64,000 nt of DNA from assembly GCA_002691205.1 (NCBI GenBank), contig NZHD01000061.1, positions 31,696-95,695 on the forward strand, read 5' to 3'. The translations under genes were made by a program, and so were the position numbers. This document shows, piece by piece, positions 58,963-64,000 of the stretch. Positions within the stretch are counted from its first letter, which is position 1. Every line of letters begins with the position of its first letter. The notes beneath the pieces were generated by a model, which was given only the letters and a program-made list of their open reading frames with translations, was not told where the DNA came from and did no database searches. Origin of the DNA: Deltaproteobacteria bacterium. GTDB taxonomy: Bacteria > Myxococcota_A > UBA9160 > UBA4427.

Positions 58963-61900
58963 TGCGGGTTCGAGCCTCCTCTGCGCAGCGGCGTTTGTGG
59001 TTTTTAGATCAGTTGCGGCCCGAATCTGCCGCTTATAACAACGCCAATATTCTTCGTATTCGGGGCCCGCTCAATGTTAAACGACTTGAGAGCGCGCTTC
59101 GGGATGTCGCGCAGCGACACGAGCCTTTGCATAGCCGATTTACGGAGCGAGCTGGAGAGCCGGAGATCGAAACGGATCCTGATCTTTTAATCAGCTTATC
59201 TTTTGAAGAGATCGTGGCCGATTTTCCCAGTGGTGAGTCTCTGGCTCATGAACGGGCGAGTGCGTTGGCGTCTGTTCCCTTTGTGCTGGGGGAGGCCCCG
59301 CTGGCTCGTTGGCATTTGCTGCGTTTGGAAGATGAAGAGCATTGGCTCGTCTATGTCGTTCACCATGCTGTTTCCGATCGATGGTCTTTGGGAGTTTGGT
59401 TGCAGGACCTTTCTGCGTTTCTGCAGGGAGATGAACCCGAACCCTTGACGATGACCTACGGTGAGTACGCGGATGCGCAGGAAGAGTCATTTGGTGCGGC
59501 TGAGACAGCGGCTTCGCTTAGGTTCTATCAGGATATGCTCGGGAACGGTCCCTATCAGTTTGATTTTCCCACTGACACTCCTCGCAGGGCACAACGTCGC
59601 GAGCGCGGCCAGACGATTTGTTTTGATCTGACGCCCCATCAGGCGGCGCTCCGTGTCGCCGCAAAGCGTTTGCGTGCCTCGCCTTACATGGTGGCGTTCA
59701 CCGCCTTTCAGGTCTGGGCCGCTCACACGACAGGCGATTGGTCGCCCTTGTTTGCGACATTCGTGGCGGGTCGTGACAATAAGGCGCTTGCGCCTCTCGT
59801 GGGTCTTTTTGTGAACACACTCGCGCTCCGCTTCGAACTTAATGATGACCCGACCTTTGCTGAAGCGGTCAAGCGTACCCGCAAGACTTGGTTGGCCGCG
59901 CAGCCTCACGCAGGTTTGCCTTTTGAAAAACTCGTCGATGGTCTCTCCGCTGGTCGGGACCTTAGTCGAACCCCGATCGCTCAGGTTGCATTCAATTTCC
60001 ATAATGTCCCAGTCCCCCCGCTGACAGCGGGCGAGCTTTGTTTTGAGTTGCTTGAAGTTAAAAGAGAGAGTGCTCGGTATGACCTCACGCTGACTCTCCG
60101 CCCCACGAAGGACGCGCTTATAGGGGAACTTGAATACGATTCAGATCTATTCCACCCTTCAAGTGCAGATCGGTTCGCCGCACATTTTGACTTTCTTCTC
60201 GGAGCGGCTTTGAGTCAGCCCGAGCAGCATGTGCGGTCTTTGCCGATGATTCCTAAGGCTGATTTGTGCCGACCAATTGAGCCCCATCCTGAAAAAGTGG
60301 AGTTGCCTGAAGTCAGTCTGTTGAAGCGCCTCATGGATCTGGCGGATCACCAACCACTCGCGACCGCTGTCCGTTTTGCAGATCGTACACTGACGTATCA
60401 AGAACTCGCCGTGGAGGTGTCCCGGACAGCCGCTTACTATCGTAAAAACGGCGTCTCTGAGGGACAAAGAGTAGGCATTTGCGTTCCTCGATCTGAGAGG
60501 ATGTTGATTACCGTTCTTGCCCTATTTGGATGTGGAGCAGCCTATGTTCCCCTGGATCGCGTACAGCCCCTCGAACGACTTCGCTTAATTGCCGAGGATG
60601 CGGGGCTTGATGCGGTAATTGGGGAAAGTGAAAATGAGAGCTTTGCAAGCGATGTTCCATGGCTTCCAGAGTCACCTCCTGAAGATTTTGAGGGTCCATG
60701 TAGCCTCTATGCTCAGCCTGATCGTGACGCGCTGGCGTATGTCATTTATACCTCTGGATCGACCGGCATTCCAAAGGGTGTGTGTGTGAGCCACGGAAAT
60801 ATGGGCGCGCTTTGGGTTGCTTTGGATGCGCGCTTAGACCCGCCGAGTACTTTTCGTTTGCTCGCGGTCACTACCCTGTCTTTTGATATCTCGGTGCTTG
60901 AGTTGTTTTGGCCTCTTTGGTGCGGGTCTCAGGTTGTCATCGCGGATGAGCAGACGGCTCGCGATGGCCGACTTCTTGCCATGGCGGCCGAACAGGTTGA
61001 CTTTCTACAAGCTACGCCGGCTTCGATGCGAATGTTAATGGAGACAGGATTTGTACCTACGCAGCATCAAACTTTACTGTGCGGTGGTGAAGCCCTTTCC
61101 AGTGAACTCGCCGCTGCGCTAATTGCCGATGGAGCCACCTTGCACAACGTATATGGGCCAACCGAGACGACGGTTTGGTCGAGCAGTTGGCGGGTGCCTC
61201 CGGAAAGCGATTCGGTTTTTCTCGGGACTGCTTTGCCCAACGAGTGGCTGCACGTCATGGACGCTGCTGGGCGGCCAGTGGCACCCGGTGCAAGTGGTGA
61301 ACTTTGGATCGGGGGTGCGGGAGTGGCCTTAGGCTATCACGACCGCCCAGAATTGACAGCGGATCGTTTCGTACCCGATCCGTTTGATCCTTTGCAGCGT
61401 TGCTACCGAACGGGTGATTTGGTCCGTCAGGATTCGAAGGATCAACTTTGTTTCATTGGGCGTACAGACGGGCAGATTAAGTTGCATGGTCATCGTATGG
61501 AATTGGGCGAAATCGAAACTTGTCTAGGAAAAGCGGAGGGAGTCGAGGCTGCGGTGGTACGTGTGCACGGCGACGGGCCGCGGGCTTTTCTTGTGGCGTA
61601 TTATACGGCTCACAAAGGCTCAAGTCTTTGCCCTGATTCTAATGATCTCAGAGTTCATGTAGAACAATCGCTCCCTGCAGCGATGCGACCCACGCAATTT
61701 GTACGTCTCGATTCTTTCCCTCTTACGCCCAGCGGGAAGATTCAGCGTCAAGCATTGGAGCCTCCGGCTCGGGAGTTGAGTCGCTCTGAAGCCTCTCCGC
61801 CGAAAGATGACGTGGAGTCTCGGCTCGCGGCAATATGGAGCGAAGTGTTGTCCATCGGAATGCCTGGCATGGAGGATGATTTTTTTGCTTTGGGCGGAAA

Positions 61901-62804
61901 TTCGCTCTTGGCCGTCCGGATGTTGCATGAGGTCGAGACAATTCTAGGAGTGGAAGTCGACCTAGCGAGTTTCTTTTTAGCCTCTGACCTAAAAGAGTTT
62001 TCAGAAAACGTCAGAAAGGGCGGAGTATCGAATCAGACTGGAGTGATACATTTATCCAAGGGCTCGAACTCCGTTCTTTGGATGTTGCGTGGGCTAAATA
62101 TCTACCGCGAATTCGCTGAAGCTTTGCCCGAGAGTCTGGGATGTGGGGCTATCTATTTGCAAGAAGAGGTTTCAGGACTTCTCGATTCAGAAGTCGAAGC
62201 TGATTCAATAGAGCAAATGGCTGAACGATACGCCGACTTGATACAAGAATCTCAGCCAGAGGGGCCTTATCGACTAGGCGGTCTATCATTCGGTGGCATT
62301 GTCGCATTTGAAACCGCTCGCTGCCTCCAGAAACGTAAAGCTGAGGTGGACTTGGTCGTGCTTTTGGATTCCCTTTTGCCCGGCGCGCGTAAGCGAGCGT
62401 TAGGGGATTGGTTTATGCACCACCTTACTCGGGTGCACAGGCAGGGTTTCCGAAAGACGCTTACAGAAATACGCCTCTTGATTGGTTCACGGTTGGCTTC
62501 TACAGGTGGGACAGATGAAGTCGACATTGAGCAAGATCTGATGGGGGAACGTAGGAGAATGTATGACATTTCGATGTCGACTTATCAGCCGGCGATTTAC
62601 GAAGGAAGGGTTTTGCTTCTCCTGAGTAAAGCGCCGGAAATCAATCCGGGATGGAGGTTTCGGGAGGATTTGGGCTGGGGTGACGTGAAGGCGGATCTTA
62701 CGATCGCAAAGATAGATGCGATGCATGTTGAACTCGTGGAGGCACCGTATGTGGACGAGGTGGTGCGTCATGTTTCGGCTGCGCTCAAGCTGGACCCTCG
62801 CTAG
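58962..62804 (+). CDS. non-ribosomal peptide synthetase, single module C-A-T-TE
   Basis: C domain: SAQRRLWFL and HHAVSD (59361-59378). A domain: YTSGSTGIPKG (from 60747), NVYGPTETT, YRTGD, and GRTDGQIKLHGHRMELGEIE. T domain: LGGNS (Ser 61902-61904). TE domain: GLSFG (Ser 62286-62288). Start ATG 58962 overlaps the upstream TGA. Confidence 0.9.
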   Translation: MRVRASSAQRRLWFLDQLRPESAAYNNANILRIRGPLNVKRLESALRDVAQRHEPLHSRFTERAGEPEIETDPDLLISLSFEEIVADFPSGESLAHERASALASVPFVLGEAPLARWHLLRLEDEEHWLVYVVHHAVSDRWSLGVWLQDLSAFLQGDEPEPLTMTYGEYADAQEESFGAAETAASLRFYQDMLGNGPYQFDFPTDTPRRAQRRERGQTICFDLTPHQAALRVAAKRLRASPYMVAFTAFQVWAAHTTGDWSPLFATFVAGRDNKALAPLVGLFVNTLALRFELNDDPTFAEAVKRTRKTWLAAQPHAGLPFEKLVDGLSAGRDLSRTPIAQVAFNFHNVPVPPLTAGELCFELLEVKRESARYDLTLTLRPTKDALIGELEYDSDLFHPSSADRFAAHFDFLLGAALSQPEQHVRSLPMIPKADLCRPIEPHPEKVELPEVSLLKRLMDLADHQPLATAVRFADRTLTYQELAVEVSRTAAYYRKNGVSEGQRVGICVPRSERMLITVLALFGCGAAYVPLDRVQPLERLRLIAEDAGLDAVIGESENESFASDVPWLPESPPEDFEGPCSLYAQPDRDALAYVIYTSGSTGIPKGVCVSHGNMGALWVALDARLDPPSTFRLLAVTTLSFDISVLELFWPLWCGSQVVIADEQTARDGRLLAMAAEQVDFLQATPASMRMLMETGFVPTQHQTLLCGGEALSSELAAALIADGATLHNVYGPTETTVWSSSWRVPPESDSVFLGTALPNEWLHVMDAAGRPVAPGASGELWIGGAGVALGYHDRPELTADRFVPDPFDPLQRCYRTGDLVRQDSKDQLCFIGRTDGQIKLHGHRMELGEIETCLGKAEGVEAAVVRVHGDGPRAFLVAYYTAHKGSSLCPDSNDLRVHVEQSLPAAMRPTQFVRLDSFPLTPSGKIQRQALEPPARELSRSEASPPKDDVESRLAAIWSEVLSIGMPGMEDDFFALGGNSLLAVRMLHEVETILGVEVDLASFFLASDLKEFSENVRKGGVSNQTGVIHLSKGSNSVLWMLRGLNIYREFAEALPESLGCGAIYLQEEVSGLLDSEVEADSIEQMAERYADLIQESQPEGPYRLGGLSFGGIVAFETARCLQKRKAEVDLVVLLDSLLPGARKRALGDWFMHHLTRVHRQGFRKTLTEIRLLIGSRLASTGGTDEVDIEQDLMGERRRMYDISMSTYQPAIYEGRVLLLLSKAPEINPGWRFREDLGWGDVKADLTIAKIDAMHVELVEAPYVDEVVRHVSAALKLDPR

Positions 62805-62872
62805 GTTTTTGCCGTGTTTATTTCAGTCATTGACTGGCGCATTGCAGAGAGACGAAAGAATGGAGAAAGCGC

Positions 62873-63811
62873 ATGGTGGCTGATCTTCCAGTAGGGTGCG
62901 ATCTCAAGTTTGGATTCGTGACAGGCTTTGAGGATGAGATCCCGATTCGGACAAAAGCTGACTTGGCGATGAAGTATAGATACGATTCGATTTGGACAGG
63001 TGACCACGTGGTGGTTCCCGTGCCCATGGTGGACTGTTTTCAGCAGCTTGCGCAGTTCGCCGCCTTAACCAGGGATATCCTGATTGGGACTTCGGTTTAC
63101 ATACTCCCCCTCCGCCATCCGATACCGGTCGCCAAACAAATTACGAGTCTCGATCAGCTGTCTGAAGGGCGTTTCATTTTCGGGGCGGGAGTGGGCGGTG
63201 AGTTTCCGGAGGAGTGGGCCGCCTGCGAGATTCCAGTAGAGGAACGCGGGGCTCGAATGTCAGCGGCTTTGCCCTTAGTTCGTTCCCTTGTTCGAGGTCA
63301 GCCGACTCGGGGGGACGGGCATTTCTTTCACTTTCCCGAAACGACTCTGTTGCCTGCATCTTATCGTCCTGAAGGCCCTCCGGTTTGGCTGGGGGGGAGT
63401 GCGGGCGTGGCACTCCGCCGGATTGCTCGGTGGGCCGATGGCTGGGTGGGGTATATGAAAACCCCGGATGAATACGGAGAAGGACTTGAGGTCATCGCCA
63501 CTGAGGCCAAATCGTGCGGGCGGCAATTCGAGTACTTTGATGCAGCGCACCTTCTCTGTCTTCGGATCGATGATTCAAACGAAGCCGCATTCAAAGCGGC
63601 GAAGGAAGACGTGGGCTTTGGGATGGCGATGGATTTGATCGGGGCAACTCGGCAGCATGCAGCGCTTGGTCGTCCGGCCGATGTGGCCGAGCAGATTGAT
63701 CGTTATCGGAGAGCGGGTTTGCGACATGTGATCCTTGAAACGCTGGGACACCAAGACCGAGAGGAGCAGCTGGTCCGTTTTGCTGAAGAAGTCAGACCTT
63801 TGCTCCGCTAA
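62873..63811 (+). CDS. luciferase-like monooxygenase (LLM) class oxidoreductase, probably F420-dependent subgroup
   Basis: LLM TIM-barrel pattern DSIWTGDHV...LDQLSEGRFIFGAGVGGEFPEEW...ERGARM resembles the TIGR03619-like F420 clade. The cofactor assignment is not provable by eye. Confidence 0.7.
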   Translation: MVADLPVGCDLKFGFVTGFEDEIPIRTKADLAMKYRYDSIWTGDHVVVPVPMVDCFQQLAQFAALTRDILIGTSVYILPLRHPIPVAKQITSLDQLSEGRFIFGAGVGGEFPEEWAACEIPVEERGARMSAALPLVRSLVRGQPTRGDGHFFHFPETTLLPASYRPEGPPVWLGGSAGVALRRIARWADGWVGYMKTPDEYGEGLEVIATEAKSCGRQFEYFDAAHLLCLRIDDSNEAAFKAAKEDVGFGMAMDLIGATRQHAALGRPADVAEQIDRYRRAGLRHVILETLGHQDREEQLVRFAEEVRPLLR

Positions 63812-64000
63812 GGCGGGTGAGCTGGTTTTCCATTGAGTCCAGTTGTCATTTGGCATGTCTTGCATTTGCGAGTCTTCGTTGCGGGATGACGCAATCCTCT
63901 CAGAAAAACAGTCAATGAGAAATCCCCTGGGGATAAGCTTGTGAGCCTGTTGGTGCTTCCTGCATGGTCATGTGATTAAAATCCGGTTTGGGGTTGTGTG

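Noticed and set aside
1-64000. Search for CRISPR arrays, tRNA/rRNA/tmRNA/RNase P genes, transposases, integrases and phage genes
   Set aside because: Scanning the intergenic regions by eye, I saw no regularly spaced direct repeats, no tRNA T-arm/acceptor patterns and no recognisable mobility proteins. This was a visual scan, not a tRNAscan, Infernal or repeat-finder result, so small elements could have been missed.

Overview
This is a 64-kb chromosomal window from a moderately GC-rich Gram-negative bacterium. The gene content (System I ccm operon with a Cys-type CcmE, a PEP-CTERM/lamin-tail protein, PlsB, a fused MFS/spermidine synthase) suggests a deltaproteobacteria-like lineage such as Myxococcota, Bdellovibrionota or SAR324, but that is inference only. 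I recognised no rRNA, tRNA, CRISPR array, transposase, integrase or phage gene by eye.

Positions 1-32 kb are mostly core genes in tightly coupled operons with many ATGA/GTGA stop-start overlaps. They hold an ATP-cone kinase, a ChlI/MoxR-like AAA+ ATPase, a vWA protein and SppA, then trmB-rlmN, an MltD-like lytic transglycosylase, ffh, plsB, and hisI-hisG-NUDIX-M20. They also hold a variant ccmE-ccmF-X-ccmABCD operon, an aminotransferase with engB, and an F420 side-chain operon cofD-cofC-cofE.

Positions 32-39 kb form a cell-envelope/EPS-like block: two GT2 genes, a propeller-like secreted protein, an LTD/PEP-CTERM protein, a P4H-like 2OG oxygenase and a VOC protein.

Positions 39-64 kb look accessory and compositionally patchy. 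They contain a Cys-rich secreted protein, a CgeB-like GT, a DUF3604 remnant abutting a TetR gene, and a sulfotransferase with FkbH-ACP-hexapeptide acyltransferase. They also contain a GS-like enzyme, DUF1415, GST, a serine hydrolase and a fused MFS/spermidine synthase. The block ends with a small NRPS locus: a TauD/SyrP-like hydroxylase fused to a carrier domain, a C-A-T-TE module with a Gly-like code, and an LLM (F420-type) oxidoreductase.

The candidates most worth follow-up are:
- the minimal split NRPS with its possible F420 link;
- the ccm operon, which has a CxxxF CcmE and an uncharacterised 628-aa protein translationally coupled between ccmF and ccmA;
- the AAA+/vWA/SppA module;
- a possible NUDIX replacement for HisE.

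All family calls come from motif recognition by eye. No database search was run.
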